Source: Bilabrum cf. latius (lineage: Eukaryota). From it: DNA of 64,000 nucleotides. The stretch spans positions 744,001 through 808,000 of the forward strand of contig OZ237735.1 of assembly GCA_965178125.1 (NCBI GenBank), given 5' to 3'. The position numbers were made by a program, and so were the translations under genes. Positions 13,530-25,900 of this stretch are shown here, in pieces; the stretch's first letter is position 1; the number at the start of each line of letters is the position of its first letter. Under the pieces are notes generated by a model. The model was not told where the DNA came from and ran no database searches. It saw nothing but the letters and a program-made list of their open reading frames with translations.

Positions 13530-15878
13530 TCATTGCAGGCCGAACGCCTGCCTCACCTTCGCCTCCACTTGCCCTCCTTTCTTGATAGCACTTCTCACAG
13601 AGGCCGGCGTGGTGGCTCCTAAACCGCGGGCCTGGCCCATCGCGAGTTTTCGGCCGCCCCCAGTCACTGGCCCGTCTGGGCGGGTCGCCAGAACTCGCCG
13701 ATTCTCGGGAGCCTTACACACCCTGGCAAGCACGTCCACGATCCCTCCCGAGGACCGCGTTCCCAGGCAGCTCGACAGGCTCCAGTCGCTGAAATCCCAC
13801 GCCTCGGCGAGAGCGAGGACCTCCCCGCGGTGCTCGGCGTCCGAGATCCCCTTCCAGTGCTCAAGCCGAGGCAGCCGTGAGACGCCTCGCGATGGGGCCA
13901 GGCTGAGCATCCAGGCGCACAGGGACCTCTCGACCGCGATAGCTCCGGCTTCTGGCAGCGACGATCGAGATCGGTCAAGATGTGACAGGCAGCAACGCAG
14001 GAAGTAAATACATGCGAATGTGGTAGCTAGTTCCACTGCGGCAGGCGCAGCGGCGTCTTGAACCTCCGGGCTGCTGGTACTCGCTGTGCTGCCGGCTGCC
14101 TCCCGCGCCTGGGACGCAAGCTTGTGCTGCCGCTGATACGCACTTTCGAACCGCTGAATGCCTGCACCAAGGATTGATGCTGCCGGTGCCGACTCAGTGG
14201 TCTTGGCAGCGGCATAGCGAGCAGGGACGGCCGGCATGAGCCCAGACCCGAATTCCACCGGTGCCTTGGCAAGCGCCCTGCCGCACTGCAGCATCATGAC
14301 GTGGTTGTCCCCTTCCCAGCTGCACATCACCGCAAAATCGTTGGCGAGGCTCGCAAGTCCAGAGTAAGACATGTAGCCGAGCCCACCGAGCTGCCGCCTG
14401 CATTCCTCGATCGCGTCGTGTGCGGACCACGTGGCCAGCGCCTTGGCGCAGGACGACAGCACGTGCATCTTCTTCAGCAGGCCCTTGAGGCGGAGCACGC
14501 CTGGCATCCCTCCGGCTGCCGCGACCAAATCTACCTTTCCCCCGTCCATCTTCGTCTCCAGGGAGGCCAGGCTCTCCTGCACCTCGGCGTGAATGCCCTT
14601 CAAGTGCGTGAACGTAGAGCGGCAGGCGAACGAGAGCCCGGCGATCGGTAGCAGTCTCATCTTCGTGACAGGATACTGGATCAAGCGTACCTCTTTGCTT
14701 AGTGCCTTGGCCTGCAGCGCTGCTTTGACCTCTGAATCACCGCCAGCTCCGCCAGATGCGCCCTCATCCTCCCCAGCGCTCGCAGCACTCCCGTCCCGAG
14801 GAGGAAACTGGCGCCTCCAGCTCGCATACCTAGCAGCGACCGTCAGTGCTGCCCCTGCACAGTATCCAGACCCGCTGACCATTAGTATTCTACCCTCCAC
14901 TATGGCTGCGAAGGCGATCTGGGACAGCTCCGAGGTGGTCGCGCGTCCGCGGTCATCGAGCTGGATGTATCTCGCGAGCAATGCGCCAGCCTCCAGCTCC
15001 ACGCTGTCGAACAGCAGTATTCCGTTGTCCAGCCCATTGCGACCGTGCTTCGCACCGGTATCAAGAATCTTGCGTCCCGGGAGCACCCTTCCAGAGGTGG
15101 GGTCCCTCAGTTGCACCATGAAGGCCTGCAGGCCGCAGTCCTGGCCCTCGGCATCCTCGAGCTGGGCGAACACGATCGCGTGTGTGCTCGTCGAGGACGC
15201 TGCACCTATCCATATTTTGGCTGCCTCTACACAGGGCGAATGAAGTACAAGAGATGGGGTAGTGCTGCTGCCGGTCGGAGGCACAACGCGGACCTTGGTC
15301 AAGACTCCTCGCGAGTAAGACCCGTGCGATAGCTCGGTCAAAGCAAATGCCCCCATCCAGCTAAATGACAAAGCCTTTGGCAACCATGCTTTCCGCTGAG
15401 TGGAGGAAGCAAGCGAGCGGATCGCAGGGACAAACAAGTCCATGTGTGTGCTGAGCCTTGAGTGAGCCGCTGGGTACGCTAGGGCCAGAGTGCTCATCAA
15501 CGCCCGCGCCGACACCTCATCGCCCCTAGCAAAGTCTGTCTGCAGCAACTAAATAACGGCTTTCGCAGCATGCGCAGTGGCTCGGCGCTCCTAGTCTCTG
15601 GATAAATCATACTTCGTGCTAGAAGCTCCACCCAGAGGTCCCACGGCCTTCAGCCCTGCAAGTCGATCAGCAGAGGACTTCAGTAGCTTTGGCAATTCTG
15701 CAGAACCATAGATCCATTCGGTGAGCCCGTCTGAACCAAACTTGGACAGGTCTCTCTCGCGATCTAAGTCCAGCGCTGCCATGCCCTCGGAGGCTACTGG
15801 AAGCTCATCAATCTGCGCAGGAAGAAAGCCAGAGGAGCAGGAAAGGTGACGCTCGACTTCACTTAGAATTCGACTCAT
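13530..15878 (-). CDS. ACX: Peroxisomal acyl-CoA oxidase, ~782 aa
   Basis: Family motifs GAFALTELSHGS, AAKIWIG, KHGRNGLDNG and ECRRQLGGLGY...CSWEGDNHVMMLQ. The N-terminus is joined through TAGs at 15549 and 15591. TGA stop. Confidence 0.9.
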
Positions 15879-16091
15879 CCTTCCTCTTGGTCTGCGAGAG
15901 TACGGGGGTGTGAAAGGCCGGGAGAACCATTTGACTTGCGCACTTTGGCTCCGGGCACATCCATGGGTCCTGGATCGTGCGTGTGTTCTTGTGCCATGAC
16001 CGCAGGCCAAGCCAGATCCTTATTTCTCGTCAAATACACATGATTCACTCTTACACGGACACAATAAATACAGCTTCGTATCCCCCCTGTT

Positions 16092-19000
16092 TCAAGAGGA
16101 ATTTCCACCAGCACCTCGCTGTCTTCGCAGCTGCTCCTTCCTCCTCGCAATCATGTCGTCCACTTCAGAGCGGGAGGCGCCCTGCCCAGGCCCTCCCACC
16201 GGCGCAGTGGCAGACAGATCTGGGTTGCGTCCGCCTCCCACGCTCGCAGCAGAAGGCGCGGGCAGTCGAGCCGACTAACCCAGCCCGCCGCGACGGGGCT
16301 CCCCTGGTGCTCTCTTGGTCGTAAACGCACTGCTCCCGCCGGCCGAAGAGCCGCCGACAATTGAGCCGACCGCGGATGCTGGTGATCTGCTAGATCTAGA
16401 CGATCTCCCGATCTGCCCACCAGCGGCAGCCGCCTACTGTCGCTAAGCACCGCTGCCACCCCCCGCATTCGCCAGTTCCAGCTCTGCCTCAAGCTCCGCC
16501 TCCTTCTGCGCGGCACGCTGGGCCTCTGCTTCTGCGTTGCGCAGGGCCGACACGCTCGCATTCACGAGCCTCTGCAGCGCCCTCGCCTCCCGGGCCGCTC
16601 GGTCCCTCACCTGCCCCAGCTCGTCCGCCGACGTGGCGTGCCCCTGGCCCAGGTAGGCCACGATGTTGTCCGCCAGAGCCTTGATCTTGTTCTCCACGAT
16701 CGTGTGGATCGCCTTGCGCTCCTTCTCGTGAGTGCTCAGCCGTGACCGAAGACTCGCCGCGACGGGGGCCGCGAGACCGGATGCTGGCCCGCCAGCACGC
16801 TCGCTCTCCTTCTGCTGCAGCCTGCGCTGGGCAACCTCGAGCTCCCCCTTGACCTGGGAGAGCTCGGCATCTCGCTGCTTGGCCTCGTGCTCCAGTCGTT
16901 GCAACTGCACCGTGGCAGCAGCCGCCGCAGTGCTAGGGTCGCTCCCCTCCTTCTGCTGCGCTGCCAGCCGTCCCTCCACCTCTGCCTGCACCAGCTTGTC
17001 TAGCCGCTCCCTTAGCAGGTACTCGAGCGAAACCTTCTCGGCCTTGACCTCTTCCACCTCCCTCGCGTGCCTCTCCTGCTCTGCCTTTGTGGCTTCCAGC
17101 GCAGCCTGCAGCTCCTGGATCTTCTCCTCGGCGCTCAGCAGCACCGGCGAGGCGGCCCCGCCCGACGACGACTGGCCCTCGCTCGAGGAGCTCGCCCTGA
17201 TCTTGTCCATGAAGACCGTCTGCTCCTCCAGCGCGCGGAACTGCTTGGCCGAGATCAGCACGCGAGTGTCCACGTTCGCCTCGCGGAGAGTGCGCTCGGC
17301 CGCTGCCTTGGCCTCTGGGCTGATGGCAGTGACCCCGCCGGGGGACTTGCCCTCTGAGTGCCCAGCCAACGAACCACCTTCAGCAGCCGCGCCACTTCCG
17401 CTGCTCAGCGTGCGACCCCGAGGCGTGGGCTTGCCAGCACCAGACGTCGCCCCACCGCTGAGTCCAAGGGCCGCGCGCAGCTCCGCGGACTTGACAGGGC
17501 TGGCTGCGGTGTGCTCCAGCGCGACCCGCTGCAGGTGAATCAGAGCGGCCGTCTTCTCGTCGAGCTTCTCCTCAAGGTCCCGCTGGTGCCTGTCGTACGC
17601 ATCCAGCTCGTCTTGAAGCGCCACGATCTGGTCATCTCTCTCGTTGAGCCTCTGTGTCAGCAGGATCATGATGTCCCGCTGCTTGAGCAGCAGCTGCTTG
17701 TATCTGTCCACCTGCGCCTTCTCCTCTTCGATTGTCTCTCGCTCCTTCTCGAGCTCACTCAACCTCTGCTCGTACTTTTGACGGATCTTTTCCTGGTGTT
17801 CCTTGAGCGCCGTGCGGAACGCCGGTGTGTCCAGCAGCTTGGCCGGAGCCCCGCTCGAGTCCTTGTCGCCACCGATGAGCATCTGTGACTGGAGGGCGGA
17901 GATTCGGTCCTCCAGCTTGCGCTTCTCCTCCTTCTCTCGCAGGAACTCCCTGGATCGCGCCTCGAGCGCTCGGATGGCGGCCATCTTGTCGAGCTCGGCG
18001 CGTCGCCTTTGCTCGTCGAGCTCGAGCAGCCTGCGCTTGTCGACCACGTTCCGGTTCCTAGTCTCGAGCTCGGAGCGGAGCCGCTTGAGCTCGCGCTCGT
18101 ACCGCCTGAGCATGGACTTGTGGTCAAGATCCTCGTTGATTTTGGCCTCGTTCTTGATATTCTTCGCGCGGTTGGCGAACTTGAGCGTGGAGAGCGACTC
18201 GACGAAAGCCTCCAGCGCGGGGCTGACCATGGCCATCATGGTCGTCTTGCAGTTCCCGCCGAGGGAGTCCTCCAGGATGCGCGTGAGCTTGGAGTCTCTG
18301 TAAGGGATGTGCTGCCTCCCCGAGGGATCTGTCAGGGCAGCGATCACATTGCCCAGGGCGCTAAGACTCTGGTTGATCTTGGAGGCCTCCTTGAGTCGTA
18401 GACCAGTCGCGCCTGACAGGCGCACCCTCTCGGACCCCGCGAGATCCACCAGGTTGAGCTTGCCGACCTTGAAGCTCTGCCGCACGTTGGTCTCGAGCGC
18501 CTTCATCCCTTCGTCCCCGTGCGCCCTCGATTTTACGAGGTGGTGGAACTACTCCGCGGTCAGCTCCTTCCCTGACTCGTCCACGTAGGTGGTCTCGCTC
18601 TGCTCAGCGATGATGATAAACACCGCGTGCGACCGGCTGGAGAGGTGGTTCATCCTGGTGGACCCAGTCGCCCTCATTTCCCCTCCCCTCTGCATGAGGC
18701 CGTAGATCTCCTGAGGCGAACGGACCACCCACTCTGACAGCCCCTCCACATAGACCCCCTTCTTCTTGTCCTCGCGGATGACCAGGTTGGTCCGATCGGG
18801 CTTGAGGAGGTCGCTGATCACCTCGTTGTAAATCTGCAGGTAGGACGCGCGCACCAGGAAGCGCATCCTGGGCGACACGCTCGAGGTGATGTGCAGGAAG
18901 ATCTGCTCGATGGCGCGGGGGATGATGCCTCGGTGCTCCTTCGAGTCGAAGCCCTCCATCGTGTACGTCTTCCCGGTTCCGGTCTGGCCGTACGCAAAAA

Positions 19001-19833
19001 TGGTCGCGTTATAGCCCTGCAAGGATGATTCGACCACAGCCTTGGCTGTCTTGGCGTACACTGTCTTCTGGTCGTCGTGCTGGTCGTGCACATGATCGAA
19101 TGTGAAGCTGTGGGTGGAGTACGGCCCCGGAGTGCTCGCCCCGCCGTCTTCCGGAGAGGACGGCGGGTTTTCGCTGATGTTGATCATTCTCGTTGTTTTG
19201 TCTACGTGCACCACGTTGCGAAACGCTTGCGGCCCGTGCAACTCCCTCGGCAGCGGGGGTCGTACCCGAACAACTACCATGAAATTCTTGCCCGAGCCTG
19301 ATCGTTCGTCCGCGTGGCTGTGACCACGGCTAGATGGCCGCATTCTATAACCTGGAGAGCGAGGGGTGCCCACTGATCGATCGTCTCCCGCGCCTGAAGC
19401 TGACCCAGGAGCTGTTTGACTGAGCATTCCAGCATGACCACCCTGCGCAGCATACCCTTCACCGAGTATGCCAGCACCCCCAGATCCGCTTATACTACTC
19501 GATGCACCAGATGCTGCACCATCTCCCGAGACTGATCTTGACGAAGGCGTGTGAGCCGCACCATAATCGCTCCTGCCGTCATCAGGACTTCCAGCGTACC
19601 CTCCAGGTGTCTAACCGAAGCCACCTCCGAACTGTCTCGAAGCCCTGCATATACTTGAAATAAAAACAACCATAAAAGTGCTGGGCGGCGACACAGTTTC
19701 TCCCTGCATGAGGCCTGGGCCTCGACTCGACTCAGCGGCAGCAAGTTCAATACTGCATACTGGCTCACCTTGAGTCAACACTTCGGGGAGTGTGACTGCC
19801 CGAATGTCTTCCTTGGTATCGTCTAGAGTCCAT
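16092..19833 (-). CDS. Kinesin motor protein with C-terminal coiled coil, ~1205 aa; intron 19645-19768
   Basis: VVVRVRP, P-loop [10 protein letters not shown], switch I SSRSH, switch [13 protein letters not shown] and [10 protein letters not shown]. The motor domain is continuous only if the TAG at 18549-18551 is read. Further TAGs at 19611, 16443, 16434 and 16275. TGA stop at 16092. Confidence 0.9.
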
Positions 19834-19989
19834 TGTCTCGATAGATAAACTATCAAGATCACTCTGCTGGGCTAGCACGCGCGCTACGCGTTGTGGCCAC
19901 AGATTGAAATGAAGTTCCGCAGATTGCGCGGCGACAAACGGCTAGTCCGACAACACCCTATTGCCGGTACAATCTGCTAGGAATTTTCC

Positions 19990-22900
19990 ATGGAGGGTAT
20001 TAGCATAAGGGAAGCTCGCCCTAGAGAAGATGTGGAGGGCGTGAGGGCTCTTCTTGCACCAGAAATGAGCCTGTACCGCAGGAGGTTTGGGGATTTCGTG
20101 ATCGAACGAATGATTAGGGAGGCTGCCGTCTTTGTTGTCGCTACTAGAAGCAGCCTGGGCGATCATGATGGTGTAGGAGAAGGCAAGGAATCGGAAGAGA
20201 ACCCTGACGAGCAAGATAGTACGCCTGTGGCGGTACTGTCTGCTTGCTTCGACCCCTGCAGCGGCGGGGGCATTCGTTCGGACGATCCAATTGCAACGAA
20301 ATTGTTCGACACTGCCAAAGCCAAATTCACTGGATGTGCCGATGCAACTGTGAGAGTATTTACCGGACTGACCAGCCCTCATCAAGCTGCACTTCGCTGT
20401 CGCTCCGCCACTTCACGTTTATATCCGGTGCCGATTCTACTTGCCCGTCTTGCGCAGCAATCTTCAACTATGTGGCTGCTCTTATTCGCAGTGTCACCAG
20501 ATTTATCAGAAAAGCAACAATGTGACGTCGCTCAAGCATTGTTTCGAAAAGCTTTTGCGATTTCAACGCGATCAGAGCGGATGTGGCTGCTCACCCCGCC
20601 GGGCGAGCCGAGCCCAGAGAAGTCTCTCACCGCGTAGATCACCACCACGTCTGGGCCAACACCAATGTGGTCACCTTGCGACGTGGTTATGCCCGATGAG
20701 GAAGGCGCTGCGGTGGAGGGAAAGTCTGGGGACGACGAGGAGCTGCAGGAGGACCCGAGGGACCCGCTGGCCGTCGTGCTGCCCATGCTGTCAGGGTGGG
20801 GCCTCGCCCAGTGCAGAACGAGCTCAGTACTGCCCAACCTGATCACTCGTCGCGCCCGCGAAGAGGACTGCGACGACGTGGCCCCTGTGTTCGAGGCCAA
20901 GAGCGACGTGACGAGGCAGTCGTTCGGCAGCTTCTTCCTCGCCGATGCCGTGAGGAGGCAGGGTGGCGGCAGGTCGGCGGTCGTGGGCTGTGACCCCTAC
21001 ACGCACAGGGCAGTTGCTCTAGCCGCCGCCAGCGACGCACCGCCGCTTCGGCTGCTGCGGGACGCCTTCGACCTGGCTCCCTTCGGGGGGCTGGTCAAGC
21101 CGTCGGAGCACGGGGCGGCGGTGTCGGCTGCTGCCGCAGTGGAGGCCAGCCGCCGCCGCAGCGACTGGCTGGCAGTGCTTCAGGAACACGGCAATGAGCT
21201 AGGTGGCGTGTTTGGAGCAGCCGCTCGCAGATCTCGCCAGCGGTTGGTCAAGGAGGTCAAGTCGCAGGTCGAGCGGGACTCAAAGACCGCTGCAGCGGAG
21301 GGGGCCGGCGGCGGGCGATCAGAGGGAGCAGACGGGCCAACGCCTGAGATGGAGGAGCAGGCCGTAATCGACAAGATGGCTGCTCTGGGCGTGTCTCCGG
21401 ACGAGGAATGGTGCTTCGCCCAGGAGCTCTGCGCTCTGCTCGACCGGAGAGGCCCTACCTGGGGCTGGCAGGGTGCGGGCAAGCTCGGCAGCGCCACTCT
21501 CTCGGCGCTGTGTTCCCCCGCGTGCACGGGCGCTCCGGACCGTGATGCGTGGCCCATCGCGAGGGAAGCGCCCTCGCACGAGCATGCCGAGGGTCTCGTC
21601 CACCTGCACATGCCCGACTCGCCTGTGGCCAGGATCGAGGGAGCGAACGATGCCGAGGCAGCGCCTGCTGACGAATCAGACAGTGTTACTGCAGGGGCAG
21701 CCGATCCGGGTGCCGGGGCAGCAAGCGGGGCTGGTGCCAGCGAGTCCAAGGAAGGCGAAGCCGGGACGGACGGAGGTGAGGCAGCGGCGGGCGCACCAGC
21801 ACCAGTGCCAGCAGCGGCACTCCCAACTCCCGAGGAGGCATCGGCCGCCGTGGTCGACAAGCTAGAAGGCGAAGTAAAGGAGCAACTGATGAAGGCAGCT
21901 GCAGACCATGAGGCGCCGCTGCCGGCCTAGCCACTGCTGGAGCTGGCCACATCCACTGCCGCTCCCAAGGCCGCCTGCAGGCTTGCAGGGGCGATTGATC
22001 CCGCGGCGATCATTCGCAGAGACGACTTGGATCGCGCTGTGGCTGAGTTTTCTGCATCTCGGCAGCGGCGGCGACGCAGGGCCCGCCTTGCTGCCCTGTG
22101 GTCATGGGGCAGAGGGGACGCAGATGAGAGGCCCGCTTCCTCGGGGTCGAGAGACGACGGTGAGGCAGTGGAAGACGGTGAAGGGGGTGATGAAAACGGC
22201 CCCGCATCGGCTCGCAAGGACGGTGGCGATGCAACCAACCCCGAGAAGAATAAGGTGTGGTCCGCAGTGGAGCGCGAGATCGGCGCTCTGGTGGAGGCCG
22301 AGCTGTAGAGCAGGCGCGAGGCCGCCGCCGCTCGTGCAGAGGCAGCCGCAGCAGAAGAGGAGGCCCGGAAAGCGCAGCAAGAGGCGGCGCGGGCCGAGGC
22401 GGCCGTCCTCGGTGATGATGAGGAGGACGAGGATGATGAAGAGGATGGTGGATTCTCGCCGCGGCCGAGCGGCGCCGACGACGACAGTGGCTCGATTGGT
22501 GGCGACGATTCCTCTCGCGTGGGCGAGCTTGACGACGTGGACTTGGACGACCTCGAGGACTAGCGGCCTGTGGTCGTGTCTCTGCGGGCGCTGGCTCAGG
22601 CCATCGATGAAGTGGCTCAGGAGGAAGCCTGGCCGTGGTCCGTGGACGATGAAGTAGACAACGACGACTAGGGCAACGAGGACGAGGAGGCCGTTCGCCC
22701 GCTGGGTCCAGGCATGGCACTGCTGCGGGAGGCCGGCGACCTGCTGGAGCAGGCTGCTGGCGCGGGCATCATCGAGGGGAGTGGGTGGGCCCCCGGTGTG
22801 CAGCTGGGCGACCAGGAGCACAGTGGCGAGGCAAGAAGGTTGATAGCCGAGAATGAGCCCATGGGCACAGTGGAGTCCATCAACGGGCAGCTGGGCCTGC

Positions 22901-25900
22901 CCGATCGCGTGCAGCTGGCCATGCGGCTGTGGGCCGGCGAGGCCGCCACAGGAGAGGCGGGTGCTCCGCGACTTCTCGTCTTCTCCAGCCGCTGGGAGCA
23001 GTCGGATCACCGCGGATCCGCAGAGGAGATCGCTTCGCAATGCCAGCAGACCGCCAGGCATGAGGCCCAAGAGCTGGCTGCGAACTATGAAGCCTTGCTA
23101 GCCAGCACCGAGGCCAGCGTGTCTCGTGCTGCTGGCTAGGCAGGCGCTGTTCCGAGCATATGCGTGGGTGAGGTTCTGGCCAAGCACGCGGCTCAGCAGA
23201 AGGAGAGGATAGAGGCCGCTGCCAAGGCAGCCGCGGAGGCTGCGGCCGCTGCCATCGCCGCCGCCGCAAAGAGCAAGGGCAAGAAGGGAAAGAAAAGCAA
23301 GAAGAAGAAGAAAGGCAAGCAAGAAAGCGAGGCGGATATCCCGCAGAGCATCGCTGATGCGGCAGCGGCGGCTGTCGATGCAGAGGAGAGTGCTGCGGCA
23401 CTCAAAGGTCCATTCGCTCCGGTCGCCCAACGGCTACGGAAATCAGACTGCCGAAAGGGGTTCGTTCTGTTCGGGCTGCCTCAAACGGAAGCTGGTCAGC
23501 GCGAACTCGCTGCCAGCATGTTGTCGTCTGGTGTTTCGCCCTCGTGCTGCCTGGTCCTTTCGAACGCTGGAGCCCAAGATGCCTCAAAGCCTGCATCTGC
23601 CGGGCGAGCCAGGCGCAAGCAACTGCCGTCGCTACCCGACGCCCCTCCCCTTACTGCCTTGGCGCCGTGCGCATACCTAGGCGACAGTGCTCTCGAACCT
23701 GCTGCCGGCGCGTCTACGTCGTGGCAGTTCGACGGGGTGCTGGCTGCCATGGTGAGAGAGGGAGCGGTGGCAGGCTGGATCGAGGCTGGCAGAACCGGAA
23801 GACCACTGACCACTGCTTCTGCGCAAGCAGCAGCAGAGCTACTGGAAGAAGAGGAGGAGGAGTGGGTCCGCAGTTGCATGCGGGCGGCGGAGAGCAATGA
23901 CACGGAGCCGGCCCACCCGAGGTGCGCGGCCGTAGCAATCACGCTGCATGCTTGTGCTCCCGAGTGGGAAGCTAGGGCCCCAGACCTGCTGCCAGCTATC
24001 TTTGAGCGGTATCCGAGCGCGGACTTCATTGTATTAACCCTTCCGCCGAGCGCTCCCAGGCCAGCCATCTCGAGGCCCTTCGTGCGGGCGCTTCCTGCCG
24101 ATGGTGCCACCGGAGGGCTGCAACAGCACCTGTGGGTATGCTCGAGGGAAGCTATCCAAGCATGCAGGCAGCTGAGCATTCGTCCGATAACCGCTGCTGA
24201 TATCCCATCCATGCAGCAGCTAGCCACTGCTGTTGCATCGTACGAAAGAAGTGCGCCCGGGTGCGGAGACGACGGCGCAGCTTCGGGTGGTAGCGCTGGC
24301 GCAGCTATCACAAGCCCGCTGCTTGCTGATGTTGTTGCCATTGCCTCTCCTGGCAACGAAGTTGCTGGTCGCCCACGTGAGGGCATCAGCTCCCTGCGCG
24401 GCTTCGTGGTCGAGGCGGGCGGGGTGGGCGTCGTGGGCTGCGTGGTGCTGTCGAGCAGGCGCTGCAAGGATGCTCCAGGCGCTGCCCTCTGCCGGTCTTT
24501 CGAACTGGAAGGATTCGAGGACCCATCGCAATCGCTTAGTGGATCACTTAGCATGATGCAGCTGCGGCACTGCTGCATGGATCCCATGCTGTGCTCGCCG
24601 GAGCCGGTTGGAGCGGTGCTTGCCATGTGCGCCGCTGAGGTAAACGCACGGATGCTGCTGTGGCGGGGCGAGGAAACCGTCGTGACACCTGTTGATGTCG
24701 ACACCAAGGTAGCACAAGCTGAGCCTGAAGATGACGAGGATGATGGTAACAGGCCCGGATGGCTTGCTGCCGGTGCCGGTGGTGGGGCATGCTTTGTCCG
24801 GCCTGCCCTGTCGCTGCTCCAGCCGGTCCCACCGAGAATGCTGGCGCCCGAGCCAAGGACTCCACTGCCGCCCCCGGGGGCAGTTGCTGAAACTGGGGTA
24901 AGCTCTGCTCCCCTGGGAGGATGGCTAGACCCACGCGCGCTGCGCCATCCTCTCTCAACTGCCACGCAAAAGGCATGCTTGAGGCCTCGTGCAGAGGCTG
25001 GTGCTCGGGTTGTATTCGTAGGGTGCAGTGATGCTGCACTTGCGGCGATCTCAGAGCTCCGTTAGGTGTACTACGCTCTGAACTGCGTGATTATCTCTCC
25101 AACTGGTCTTGCTGGTACCCCTGGGGCGGCTGGCGATGCTATGGCCGCTGACACTGCACTTGCAGGCTGCAGCATCAACGACCGTCCGGCTCGAGAGGCG
25201 AGATACGAAGGCATAGCGCAGTCTGGTGCTGATGCCGCCGGCGATGAAGAGGAGCTGTGCGAGCTCGATCGTGAGATTAGTGACTAGTGGGTAGCACCCA
25301 TGGTACCTCGAAGCAGCTTCGGGGCGCGAGAGCTGGTCAGGATCGGGCTTGGTCCAGGGTGCGTTGACGTCTGGAGAATCAGCGGATCGGCAGAGCAGCT
25401 GGATCGCGCCCGTCGAGTCGTAACACTGGCAGACAGCAGGGAAATCAACTACGATCTGCTCGTACTTGCGACTGGACTCAGAGAGTGCGGCGCAGAGCGT
25501 GCAGTCGCACGCGGAAGGAAGGGATATGGCGCCTCCGGCCGTGGAATACTCGGTGGGGCAAGTGCAGGAGAAGACAGCGAGTTCCATCGGGGCGTGCTTG
25601 CCGCGCTGAAGCCTGGAGAGGCAAAAAGAGCCACATTCGCGCCAGGAGGTGATGGTCACGCAGACGCAGGCGGCCGAAAGGCAGCACTTGACGAAGACAG
25701 CGATGCTGATGAGGACGAGCTTTCAAACGAACACAGGGCACGCCCATGGCCCGCTGGGGTACATGCCATTGCTACCCCCGAGGAAATCGCGAATCTGTGC
25801 CGTGACGTGGGGGCCCTTCTAGAAGACTGCACGAATGAGTAGGCGCACCAAGAGCTGGAACAAGCATCCGCAGCGGTACGCGACGCGCTGCACGCCGCGA

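Noticed and set aside
10945-19989. Shared GTTCCGCA word in two divergent promoters (~11000 and ~19914)
   Set aside because: I did not find it in the other divergent spacers, and it is too short to distinguish from chance.
23496-24965. Long antisense ORFs in the track (e.g. this 489 aa one, also 16732-17538 and 45751-46560)
   Set aside because: They lie opposite well-supported genes and are expected shadows in GC-rich coding DNA.
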